Positions 11,815 through 23,788 of a stretch of DNA of 64,000 nt are shown piece after piece. Numbering within the stretch: position 1 is the first letter of the stretch; each line of letters begins with the position of its first letter. The stretch is from assembly GCF_001447785.1 (NCBI RefSeq), contig NW_015168670.1, positions 501,932 through 565,931 of the forward strand. Reading direction: 5' to 3'. Origin of the DNA: Gekko japonicus (Eukaryota). A model generated the notes under the pieces. That model was not told where the DNA came from, did not search any database, and saw only the letters and a program-made list of their open reading frames with translations. The translations under genes were made by a program, and so were the position numbers.

Positions 11815-14756
11815 TTCTAGATTCTGTAGCCTAGCCCTAGTATTCTGGCTTTACATAAGATTTCTTGTGAAACCTTTGGCATCAGACTGGGTTTCTCTTG
11901 GCTTGTTTCCATAACAAATTATTGTTACTGGGAGGTTGTGATCTGCCTGCTGCAAAGGAGTAGCATGTCTGAGCTGAGGTGTAAAACAAGCTGGGAGCTG
12001 TGTTTGGGATGATCACTTTATGGAGGCGAGAGAGTTGCATTATTCAGACAGAGCAATCCTGCTGCCTGCTAGACTGGCACAGGTTGGCTTCTCCTGTCAC
12101 AAGTGCTTCAGCTATTAGGGCATCAACTAGTAAGCTTTGTTCCTTCACACCCTGCAGCAACTCAGTAGAACTTCTTAAAGTACTTCCAGCAAGTTTGTGT
12201 ATTTAACAGTGATGTTTTAGTGTGTTTCCCAGGTAGAGGTAATCTAGATGGGTAGATCATTCAGGCTAAATCAAGTTAGAAGCCCTTAGTTTTTTTCTTG
12301 AAACCAATAACACCCAAGTGTGATCAAACTACAGCAGTTGGGAAAACAAGAGTGCCGCCAGCACCAAATGTTCAAAAGTGGTGTCAGTTGCTTAAAGTGA
12401 TGAGATTGACATAAGCCCTGAGGGATTTTTGAAAATGGCAACAAGAATGATCCATTGAATTCTGAACTAAAAAGCAATACTTTAATTTTAGGCCAAGAAA
12501 TCTGCATTCTGAAACCTGTATAAATTATATAAATGAAACAAATACTCTCAGAGCTGCTTGTGTTGCCCAGTTCTTCAAAATTACAGCCTGCCTGCAGAAC
12601 ACAAACTGTAGTCCATTGTTTAATTACAGTATAGAACATTGTTTTAAATAAATTCTCAAATCCTGGCCACTGCACAAAAATCCTATAACCAGTCAAAAGA
12701 TTATCTCAAGAACCATATGTGGACTGTGGGCTCTGTATTTTGGATCCTTTTCCTATGACCATCAACTTGAAAGAATGTTCCATTGCAGCCCAACACTTTA
12801 TGTATGCCGTGCCTGCGATGGGTCCCAAAATACCACCTTGTTTCTGTAGAAGTGCCCTCAATAAGTCCTCCACTTCAGCACCACACTGCTTTCCACTGAA
12901 CATTCCCAAAATGGATTTTGGTTGCCAGAAATTGGAACTGTGTATTAGTAACTTGATCTTGCTCTCCACATTGCCCTCTTGACCAAACTTCGCTTCCATA
13001 GTCTCTTCAAGCTACATGACAATTTACCTATTTATAAATTTTAATATTCACCTCAGATGCCCCACCTCAGATGCCCACCCTAGCCCTTGTTCCCTGATTC
13101 CTACCTGCACTGGGGATTGTTTTGTGTTTCATATTTTTCATGTGCTTATTAGTTTTCCTTGACATCTGTCCACCCAGCAAGCATGTGCACCCTGTTTTGT
13201 GTGTACTGAAGTCATGGTGCTTCTGGAAGGTAAAATTCAGTGGCATTGATTGGCATGCTTCTAAAATGCTGATATCCCACCTTTCTGCTACTCAGTCATC
13301 AAGGTGGTTTACAATTAATAAAGCCATTAACAATCTAACTGCAAAAAATACAGTTTATGAAAATGCAGCAACATCTTCTATGTTTTGTGTATATGATGCA
13401 TTATTGTGTCAGAAGAATGAGCCGAGAACCACTTTCTACAAAGATGAAGAGATCCAAATGAAGCAAATACCTTCTGGCTTATTGCATCTGACAACTTGAT
13501 AAGATTGCGATCATTTAAAGCAGGAATCACCTGGTATAGCTGAGAAGTTGTGTTACTTACTATACCGTTCCATAGCAGGAAGGCGTAACATTTCTGAGAA
13601 GCTGCTCAGCCAAATTATTACTCTGAGAACATAAACCCTGACTTCTGTCTGGTTTGTTTACACTTCTTGCTTCAAGGGCAAGAGCTGCAGGTTAATTAGG
13701 AACTCTTGGCTTGCTTTAGCTTTAAATGATGACATTGTCATTATCTCAGCTATGCAAAAATGGGTGGGGTTCAGAACTCAATTCAAGCATGCTTTCTACT
13801 GAGACTGATCTGTGAGTAAAGGTATGTGGCTGGGATTCCCTGTACATGTTAACAAGAGTGGTCAGCTCAAGGTGGCAACTCTAAATCAGTAACTCCTGAC
13901 ACAGCCATGGAGCCATCTGATCAAATAAGCAAGCCTTGTGGACCAGTGTGGCTGGCTTTTGCTTTAAGGGAATGGCATAGAACACTAGCTTTATTACTTT
14001 TCCTCCAAGGCCCCTCACATGGGACAGATGAAATATTCAGGGCCGCCCCAGTCACACTGCTAACAGAGACTGAAGGTAGCACAAAAAATACCCAGTAAAT
14101 AGTTTTAATTAGGACAAGAATATACACTTTCTGGCTCATCGGTTTACAAGTGACTATTGTAGACACAATTGTTATAAATTCCTTTCCCTTGTGATGGCTA
14201 CAAAGAGAAATAATTACAGTGAATTTCCAGTTGCTTAAATGTGCCCATTAATTAGAATTAATGAAGACAAATACGCACTGGAATAAAAGACAATCTTTAT
14301 ATTCTGAATTGCATCTACTTCTGGTTTAAATGCTCTTGCTTCTGTTTCTGACCGATCTTTTATGTCACACCTTTGGTTTTGATATATACCTAGGCGAGAT
14401 TGTGGAGATGATGTTCAAACAAACCTGGAATTCCTTGTTGTGCCACAACCACACACTCTTCCTGCGCATGCACATTTGCTCTAGACTCTGAAACCGCTCA
14501 AGGGTACCAGTGTATTCCCTGCACCCCAGAGTGAAGCAGACTGAGATAGAAAGGAGAAATGATTGCAAGTTTGAGAAGAATGGCAGTGGTTCTAATGGTA
14601 TCCAAAACAGGGTGGTGTTTTTTCCTGGCTAGTGTACTGTAAAAGGCTCAGTGGTCCACCTAAAATGCCTTGGGTGTGTACTGACAGTGAAGGAGAACCA
14701 GTAGTCCAGGAGGATTATTAATTCCTTGGTTTCAGCTAGAACAGTTTAAGTGGTAA

Positions 14757-15290
14757 TTAATTCAATAACAAATTCTTACTTTTGAGTGTCTGCAGAATGT
14801 CTTCAAGGAGTGAGGGGCCCAAGTCTAGTTTGAAAGAAAAGAAAGAGTCCGATGGATCAGGCGTACCATGCCATGAGATGGTTTCAGAGTAGCACCAGTC
14901 TATAGCTTGGTTCTTGCAAAAAAGATCTGGATGCGTCTGAGTGGCCTTATGGGAGTGACGTGAAGTGCTTGGAAAGGAATTTTCTGCCGAGGGCGAATCA
15001 GTGTGGTCTATTATATTGGGGCAGCTGGCACTGTCTAGGTACAGCCGTGGTGGTTTGGGAGGTGGCTGCGTCTTGCTGGCGAGGTTTTGCTCACTCTGAC
15101 ATGACAAGTAGTTCGACTTCCCTTTCAGGTCTTTTAGGAGCTCCCTTTTGTTGTATTGTCCATTGGAGTCTAGCGTTTGGCTGTTCTGATTCAAGATAAT
15201 GACTTGACTGCCCAGTTTCTTATTCCTCCGGAGTGAGAGACGCTTGAAGAAGCCCGAGGACCTGATGGATCCTCTCCGCCAAGTGTCCAT
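14757..15290 (-). CDS. C15orf62: C15orf62 homolog (177 aa), single coding exon nested antisense in DNAJC17 intron 10
   Basis: MDTWRRGSIRSSGFFKRLSL, PPKPPRLY..S.SCPNI and FSFKLDLGPSLLEDILQ match recalled human C15orf62; minus-strand acceptor ttttttcccctgttccag| puts the exon start at 15378. Confidence 0.93.
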   Translation of the reverse strand: MDTWRRGSIRSSGFFKRLSLRRNKKLGSQVIILNQNSQTLDSNGQYNKRELLKDLKGKSNYLSCQSEQNLASKTQPPPKPPRLYLDSASCPNIIDHTDSPSAENSFPSTSRHSHKATQTHPDLFCKNQAIDWCYSETISWHGTPDPSDSFFSFKLDLGPSLLEDILQTLKSKNLLLN

Positions 15291-15517
15291 GGTGACAGAG
15301 TGAAGGAGGCCTCAGGCCTTGGTCTCAAGCTAAAATGAGGTTCTAAAAGTCAGGAGCATCTCCTTTCTTTAACACTTCCTGGAACAGGGGAAAAAACAGC
15401 AACAACAAACTGGCTTCACTAAAAGGACATACTTGTTTATGGTGCCAGCTGTATTCTTATGATTGAATCAAAAGCACCTTTTAGCTCTAGAAAGGCTGCA
15501 TATACTTTGGTGCCTTT

Positions 15518-16420
15518 TCACCTCTTATACTTATTAACAAGGTGCATAAGAGTCACATAGTGATTTAGGGTGGATTCCCCTTTACAAAAACCTATTTGTT
15601 CTTCACCCAGAATTCCTTGCTGTAACATCCAAGATCCAAGTTTGTTAACCAGTCGTCTAGCATAAAGTTTCCCAATAACAGAGAGGAGGCTTATCGGACG
15701 GTAATTGGATGGTAACTCATAATTACCCTTTTTAAAGATGGGAACCAATATTGCATTTGTCCAAGACTCTGGCATTATACCTGTTCTATCGACTGTGGTA
15801 AAAAAATCTGCCAAGAAGGTGGCCCACCAGTTTAGATTTATTTTAACTATTTCAGGTGGAATTGCATCTGGGCCAGGGGCTTTTCTTGGCTTTAGCTGTT
15901 CAATAAGTGGAATAACCTCCTCTGGGCTCACCGGAGGCCACTATAGTTAATGGAATTAGTGGCAGTTATGTTATTATCATAGAACAGCTTCAGAAAATAG
16001 TCATACCAGTGAACTGGGGTGATGGCATTTATTTGGGCACTCTTCTTTTTATGTTTATCTAACACCAACGCCCAGAATTTCCTGGAGTCATTTGACAATG
16101 TAGCCTGAAGGAGGTTAGCCCATCATTTCTCACTGTGCTCTTTATATTTTATCTTAACTATTTGATGTAACTGTTTTTTTAAATTGAAATACTCATCTGG
16201 AAGGTGGGTCCAGTTATATTCCCTAAAAAGGCAATAAATAGAACGGATTTGGTATTTAATATTATAGCATTCGCTATCAAACCATCCAACTGTATTTTTT
16301 TGGTCACAGTAATTTTGAGGTACCAATTGACTTCCAAGGGATTCCAGTAAGTAACTAATAGTTTTATCATAAACCTGAAAAACTTGGGTAACATCTCCAT
16401 TTTGACTCATGGCTACATTG
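15518..16420 (-). mobile_element. LINE reverse transcriptase fragment (RTE-X-like, clade uncertain)
   Basis: KAPGPDAIPPE...W..AILVPIFKKG....PSNYRPISLLSVIGKLY...EEQIGF; upstream WFDSEC motif; interrupted reading frame. Confidence 0.85.
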
Positions 16421-19400
16421 AATTCTACTGCCAGCTGTATTCAAGAAGTCACTATGTAAGGAATACGCTAGTATGTGTTTGAAAGTAATCTTCCTAGCCT
16501 ACAAAGTATGGCTAGTAAACTATCCTGGTTCCCAAGGTAACACTGTATGCATGCAGCACTCTCTTCCAAACGCAGGAAGATACATACGAAATGGGCCTCA
16601 GCTTCTGTGAATTTTAAAGCCCATGATAGTTTTTAGAACTATAATAACTTAAGCATCTGAAATTAGGAATCTCATGGTTCTGTCATCCCAATGTGCTGAG
16701 ATACAGCAGAATAAAGTTTTGCTATGGACAGAACAGGGTTTGCTTATTTGTTTAAACTATTTTTATGCTGCCTTTCCACCCAACTTTAGGGTTCCCAAGG
16801 CAGCAAACAATTACAGCCATTAAAGCATTAAAACCAGCTTTAAAAATACACACATACATATATAGAAACAGTTAAATAAAATACATAAACAGGTAGGAGG
16901 GTCAATAGGAGAGGTTTCAGGCTTGACCCTTACACTTCTGCAGCGACTATGGTTTAAGAGGTTAACTCACTGCCATACTCCTGATCCAGTCCATTTCAGT
17001 GATGGATTCAATTTTAGTCGCTGAATGTGAAGAGGTATAATACCCTTGGTGAGCGAGTTTAGTGACTGCTCCCCATCCCTATGTCATATCTGCTGATCAT
17101 TTTTTTTACCACTGCTTCAAATCATGTTCATATCCACTGGTCTTTTTTAGAACTACACCTATCAGCCCAAATCCTGTAAACCTGCTGCCAGTTTTCCTCA
17201 TTGCTGTTCTTCTTTTACATAATTGCCTTCATGGGTTTTAGTGACCTTTGATGCTGTAAAATGGCTGATTGGGAAAGGCACCCCTTCTTCCACACTGTTT
17301 TGTATCAGATCATAGATGTCTCCCACGCATGCATACCACCCACAGCATCTTTTTCTACCCTGTTGTTCTTTTTGTCTGTTCACAAGGTCACCTCCTTTTC
17401 TTTATTCACGTCTCTCTGTAAGACCAAATCTTTCTGCACCATCTCTCATGACCTGCCTTATCTGTGCATCCATTGTCTCCAGATTTTCTCACTACTGATT
17501 TGCCAGTCCTTGACCTCTCACCCCACCTGTCTGTTCCACTTAATGCAGATTGTAAGCAGTGGCTTGGCAGTTGCCCATCCCTGTTAAGGCCTTTAGACCA
17601 CTTTTACCAGTATAGATCCCTTTAACACAGAAAGGAATTGTTGAGCGTAACTTCTAATGTGAACTGCCAAATCAAAGAAGTGAAGGTCAGCATTGGATTG
17701 GAACATCGCTGTATGAATCAGTTTTATTCCTCTTCCAGAGCATTAAACAGCACTGGGGACATCGTAATATTCTGTGGTAAAGAGGTCACTATCAGCCTAT
17801 CATTAAAAGAATGGCCTGTTACCAAAAAGGTAACCTCAAAAGACTTATGTATTAAAATATTAACGAAGCTTAGAAGAAAGAGAATACTGTGGAGGTTATT
17901 ACTTACTGTGAGATGGTGGACCCGAAGAGGAGCCAAGAGTAGATTTGTGAAGGAAGCACAATCAAAATGCAGGTGTGTCAGTGGTTTCCTGCCTTGGGAC
18001 AGTGGCTGTGTCTCCTCCACTCTTCTTGGCCACCTTTCCTTCAGTGTTGCTCTCTGCTTGTATCTCCTCAGTTCCTCATTTGTTTTTTCAGGCTGAAGTT
18101 TCCTTATGTGCGTTCTGTGCCAAGCCGTTGATGACTCAATCACGTCAGAAGCTGGGATTTACACTATTAGTTAATTGCTGAGATTGCAGGAAGTGGGTGT
18201 GTGTAGAGCTGTGAAGCGCCAACCCTTGCTACAGAGCCTCAAGAGAATCTAGACTTCTGTGGGATATTTGAACTATTTTCATATTATGCTTCAATGTGAC
18301 TAAAGTAGGAGGGGGAAGATAGGGAATAGTACCCAGTAGGGTTTATTTCTATTCCTATGAAGTTCAAGTGAGTTCATATAATTTTAGTTGTGGTTGGAAA
18401 AGGGAAATTTCTTTTTCCATAATGTTGAAATGAAGCATGTCAGGTGATAAGAGAGAGAATTCTAGCAGTCATGACTCACCATGCGGCAACACGACAACGT
18501 GTTTGTAGGCTTGATTTCTTAAGAGCTCTAAAGAGACATCAGTGGATCACACTTGTGCTGAACGTTACCATTTAATTGTGGCTTGGCTGCTGAACTTTGC
18601 CTCTTCTTTCTCCTGATATCTAAAATATGGACTTGGATTCTGTAACTGTGACTTGCATTGCTACTTTGAACATTTTTTTTAAAGCTGTGTGCATCTGATG
18701 GTGAAAAACAGTTCAGTCTCTTGTGTATGGGAGCCTCATTAAAGCCTCCTTCCTTATATGTAATAAGCCCTCCATGCAGCCTTTTTTCTTCTTGTCAGGA
18801 TTCTGTTGAGTATTAAAGTGAACCTGAACTGTGCCCCCTGTCCAGTGATGTTTCCTGATGAGCTCATGTAAAGAATTATTTTGCAATCACTGGTCCTGAA
18901 TATCTTGATGATGGGAGCCAGTGTGATATTTGTGGAGAGTATGTTGGGTGAGAACAAAGGAGATCCAGCCTCACATTCCCCCTTGACCTATGACCTTGGT
19001 GGTTGCTCTTTCAGCCTCTGTTTCAAAGGATTATGAAGGGGGGGGGAGATGCACACACTGCCTTGTGCTCCTTGGGGGAAGGATAAGGTATCATCTGGCA
19101 TCATGAGCGATACTGATTAGGCTTGTCAGTTGATCTGGTGTCAGTTACTTTATACTGTCCATTGCCTTAGTGTAACACAAGAGCATCAAACTGATTTCCT
19201 CCAGTAGGGGCAAATCACGCAAATTTCATCTGGATCTGGTTCCCATATCATAACTGTGTCTTTCCTATACTCACGAGAAAAGAGAAATGGTTATTGCTGA
19301 AAGTATACATATATTCTTGGGAAAGTGATTGCCGGGCCCAGATTTGATTATTATCCAGCAAAAAAGTATAACCAGTATTCTAGAAATCTCACACTGTTAT

Positions 19401-19576
19401 CTAAACCTCTTAAGGATCCCATAATGAGGTTACGTTAGCTCTTCAGTACTAACATTATACATTCAATGAACTGAAAGTAGAGTGCAGCTCTCAGGGCAAG
19501 ACTTTCCAAATCACTCATGGAATTACCCGTAATTCAGTTTCAAGAGTTCAGGGAAGCCTTAAACAGCATAGGGAGT

Positions 19577-19844
19577 AGGGATGGGCATGAACCACATTTT
19601 TACATTTTACATGGTTTGTGGCTGAACCACAAACCGATACAGCACTTTGTGAACCAAACCAGTCTGTATTGGTTTGTGAGCCATGCAAACCCCTGCTTTC
19701 TGCTCCTCATGAACTGCCATGAACTCCATCAAATTTGTGGAACTTTGTGGTAGCTCTTCAGTTTGTGAACATTGCTTCATGAACCACGAACTGGTCAAAA
19801 TTTGTGACAAGCTTTTGTTCGTGAGCCGCTCGTGCCCACCCCTA
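19577..19844. mobile_element. MITE with tagggatgggca / tgcccacccta termini
   Basis: Imperfect TIRs and internal gaacc/ggtt subterminal repeats. Confidence 0.6.
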
Positions 19845-21413
19845 ATAAGGAGCAAAGTTAAAATCTTCCCTACCCCCACTCCCTTTTCCAAGAAAAGTAA
19901 ACCATAGGAGTTGGATGCAATGCAGTAACTTGTTTTTTTTAACCATAGAGCTATCTATGTGAGAGTATAGCAAGAACAGTATTTTTTGCTATACATTTTA
20001 AAGGCACAAGGTTATCTGCGCTGAACCTTCCTGTGAGGTACGTTAGGCTAGAAGACAGTGAAGGGCCCAAGGTCACATAGTGTGCTTAATAGGAGAGTGG
20101 GGATTTGAACCTGGGTCTTCTTAATCCAACATTCTAACCATTATACAACACTGGCTGTTACTAATTCTAACAGCATTCACAATTTTTTTGCTTCATGTGG
20201 CTGCATGAGAGTTGACCTTGTTTCCCTATTTCTCTGTTTCCTTCTCTTTCATCTTCCCATGACTATCTCTTCTATGCCACTTCCTTTGCCTAGACATCCC
20301 AGACTCAAAGGGGGAAAGCCTTGAATTTGGAATCGGAGGTCTGGCAAATACCCTGGCTTCCTTTACAATCCTTGGGTTTTTGACAATAAGAGAAGAGGAT
20401 CTTAAATGAGTAGGCCTCAAAAGAAAAAGATGGTTGCCTTGCTTAGCACCCAGACTGTCTTTTCACTGTGCTTATTTACTTACGGGTGGTTTCCCATCAG
20501 TCTTTTGCCTCACTCCCCACTCAGGAACAGTGATCCTCCCCTTTTTGTCTTATTCCTGAAACTTCACTGCCTTGATCCAGGGATTCTTGCCCTGTAGCCT
20601 TTATCTTTTCCCCATTACATACAGCACTTCAGAAGTTAAGGCATTTCTGCTGTTGCTTCTCCTTTTCCAAGCATTTGTTCTCCATTGCCGGGCTCATGTT
20701 CCTCCTAGCTGGACTTGCTTCCTATCAGCTCTCTCAGAAAATACTCTGAAGATTCATCAGCAAAAGCTGGTCACTGGCAGGAACTGATCCTCTCAAGATT
20801 TTACATATTTTCTACATCACATTCTTGAGCACCAACACATGCTACACATCTAATGAACTCCACTATTCTGCTTCCCTTTTGAAGGTAACCATTTGACTTG
20901 ACAGGAGCATTAATTCTGGTGATCCAAGTCAATGTAAGAATCTGGGTATTTGAAGTGTGAGGGTTTTTTATATTTTAACAGGTTATAGATACTGGTGCAA
21001 AGTGACCCATGTTCTTTTTTTTTATTTTTAAAGCACCAAAATTAAATGGTCATGATTTCTAGTACTTTACAGAGTTGTTAACAGAAAATGAAGGACACAG
21101 CTTGTATCTCACTGCTACTAGGTGAACAGTGTTCAAGTGGACAGTGATTACGCTGGTACAATTTTAGTTCTGCTTACTAGTCAAGAAATGACTGTTGAAT
21201 TCTTAGCATGCCGTGAAACAATTTTTACTGGCAGAAGCCACAACTGTCCCTTTAGATTCTGCATATTGCTGTGTAAGGTGCTGGTACTTCCTTTGTATGC
21301 TGTTGTGATGGGGTCGTCCCCCCCCCCCTTTTTTTGAATATTACCAGAAAAGATTTCTAAACATGTAAACAGTGAATCCACCTAAACATTTACTGCTGTC
21401 ATTTATTTGTCAG

Positions 21414-21533
21414 GGTTCTGTAGTTTCTGAGCGAGATTATGAAAGTCTTGTGATGATGCGGATGCGCCAAGCCGCTGAGAGACAGAAACTGATCGAGCAG
21501 ATGAAACAAGAAGATGAAGAGTCTTGCGCATAA
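21414..21533 (+). CDS. DNAJC17: DNAJC17 exon 11 (last coding exon)
   Basis: tgtcag|GGT; [39 protein letters not shown]; TAA 21531-21533. Confidence 0.96.
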   Translation, partial: GSVVSERDYESLVMMRMRQAAERQKLIEQMKQEDEESCA

Positions 21534-21586
21534 TATAGGGAAGACCAGAATTCTCTTTCACTTCCACTGACTGCTTAAATTAAGTC

Positions 21587-21634
21587 AATAAATACCCTTT
21601 TTAAAAACTGTTGTAGTGTTCTTGAGTAAATAAA
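21587..21634 (+). terminator. DNAJC17: Candidate DNAJC17 poly(A) signals
   Basis: AATAAA at 21587-21592 and 21629-21634, just downstream of the stop. Confidence 0.6.
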
Positions 21635-21693
21635 CTGGTAAAGGTTATATATCTAGTGTGGAATTCAAAAATCTTGATATATGGCTTTAAAAC

Positions 21694-21863
21694 GGGTTGG
21701 ATCTTACAAGTCAGTTCCACCAGTGTTGGCATGATCTTCTTAGGTGGAAGGAGTCTTCCACCAACACAAGAGCTTCTTTTGCCAATGGAAGAGCCTCTTG
21801 CCAAAGGAAGGTTCCTCGTGCCGGAGGACTACATCAGTGTAACAGACTGATGGGATCCAACCC
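21694..21863. mobile_element. Short MITE-like element (gggttggatc...gatccaaccc)
   Basis: Perfect 10-bp TIR; related ggatcc-terminal elements at ~9158-9390 and ~38846-39100. Confidence 0.5.
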
Positions 21864-23262
21864 TCTCTGGCAACAGGTGGTCTGCCTGGGCTAAACTTGA
21901 CAAGATGTATTTGCCCAGTTCCCTGCCAACCACATTCTGCCTCCTAGTGACAAAATGTGAGCCAGTTTATACATAATTCTAGTCACATGGGATCTGCCAG
22001 AGATTGCTTGGCAGTTACATTTAACAGAAGCATATAGATGTGCTTACTACATTCATTTGTATTGTTTTCATATCAAACACCTTCCATATAAAGGTCCTAG
22101 GTTTCCAATCCTGAACTCCTGTGATAGAGAATTTCAAGTAGTATTCATGAATGGACTTTGTGAAATAAAGGAGGCTTCACAAATAAAAGGTTTAAATGTG
22201 GCGTTTATTAACATAAGTTTGTTTTATATCTGGCCTAGGCATGTTAAGAGTTCAACAACAATAAAATATGATTTCTGAATAAAGCTTCCAGCATCTTCAC
22301 AAGTTTTTGCAAAAGGGTTCAATAGTGCATTTCATGTACTTCCAAAGCCTATGGTACTAACAGACATACAATTGTTAGTGTGATGGAAATTCATGCCACA
22401 GAAGGAACTCAGCCACATTAGCGTTAGCCATGCAGTCTTTACCATAATCTCAGTTTTGTTGACTCAAATGTGCCCTTTTGAACAAAAGGAATGTTTCCGT
22501 GTCTTTGTGGTACTGCTGATTTAGTCCTACAGTATTAAAGCCACAGGGACCGGCCATGTCTGTACAGCTTTCTGAAGTAGACAGAAGGTTGCACAGAGCC
22601 ATCTTGATCTGCTCTCTGGCACTCTAGCAGTTTCCTCAATTTCAAGGATACTATGCACCACTTCTACAGACTTTGCTGTAGCCAGTCTCTATTTCTTAAG
22701 GGTTATTTCTTTATTTTTCTCAGAGTTAAACTGCTTGTTCCAGTGGTTCTTCACAGAAATGTAAGTTGTAGATGGTGAGTCTATTATTATTATTACATTA
22801 CCACTGACTTTATGTATGGTTTGGCACACACAGTTTCCCAAGTAATCCCAGCAATGAAAAGGCGACTGGTACAGTTACAAAACTGATGGTGAAATATTTG
22901 CAGTATGCTTGTCAAAGGATGGTTCAAAGGGCACATGCCATAGCGGTATAACTCCAACCATGCTCATACTTGGAAAAGTTTAGTCTGCTTTCAACAAAAA
23001 GAGCACTGTGCTTAATACTGAGTTGCTCTGTGGCAATCCATTCTTTTCCATCCCCAGAAATGGTTTGGTCATCTTATAATTAATTCTGTCCTTATTCCCC
23101 AGCTTAAAACTGTTACTTAAGCAGCAAACTGTATGCCAGGGTGATTTTGTTCAATAGCAACAAATTGAGAAGATTAACACTTCAGTAGTAGCCATTCTAG
23201 ATTGGATTCAAATTAATACTCAAAAAGGATTCACTTCTCTAGGAGAGTTTTGGTCTCCCAAC

Positions 23263-23453
23263 CAGTGTTCCCGCTAAACTGAGTAAGTGTGGCTCACACA
23301 TTTTTATCCTAGCTCAGGAAGGAGCAAATTAATTCATGCTCCAGAGCAAACTAATTTAGACAGTAGCCAAATCGCTCGCCCACAACTTTAATGCCAGTAG
23401 CTCACAAAGTAGAATTTTTGCTCACAAGACTCCACAGCTTAGAGGGAACATTG
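23263..23453. mobile_element. hAT-type MITE, probably in the GCHFR 3'UTR
   Basis: TIR cagtgttccc / gggaacattg; perfect 8-bp TSD ctcccaac (23255-23262, 23454-23461); inverted homolog at 52833-53038. Confidence 0.88.
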
Positions 23454-23607
23454 CTCCCAACTGTTGAAGCTAACTGGATCACCATTCCTCCCATAATGAG
23501 CTTGTTGTACCAGTGGCTATTTTTCACAATGTAGAATGTTGACTAGATTTTACTTCATGATGTCAGAAAACAACATACAACCACTCATCAGAGAAATAAG
23601 GTCAGTC

Positions 23608-23788
23608 TTATGCTGGGCGATTTACAGCAATGTCTTGGTTAGGAAGAATGTTGGCGTTCTCTGTACTTTCTTTGTGGAGACACCACACCAGTGTCTGCCC
23701 CACTCCTGTCATGCTGATCACTCGATAGCCTCGCTTCTCCAGCTTGTCCAAGACAATCCGGGGGGCATCATGAACGTAGTACTCCCAG
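23608..23788 (-). CDS. GCHFR: GTP cyclohydrolase I feedback regulatory protein, exon 3
   Basis: tttacaacag|C TGG GAG; (F)WEYYVHDAPRIVLDKLEKRGYRVISMTGVGQTLVWCLHKE plus a 19-aa tail to TAA. Confidence 0.96.

Noticed and set aside
17638-18143. 152-aa and 139-aa opposite-strand ORFs
   Set aside because: No recognisable homology or coding character; the plus-strand ORF starts at TTG
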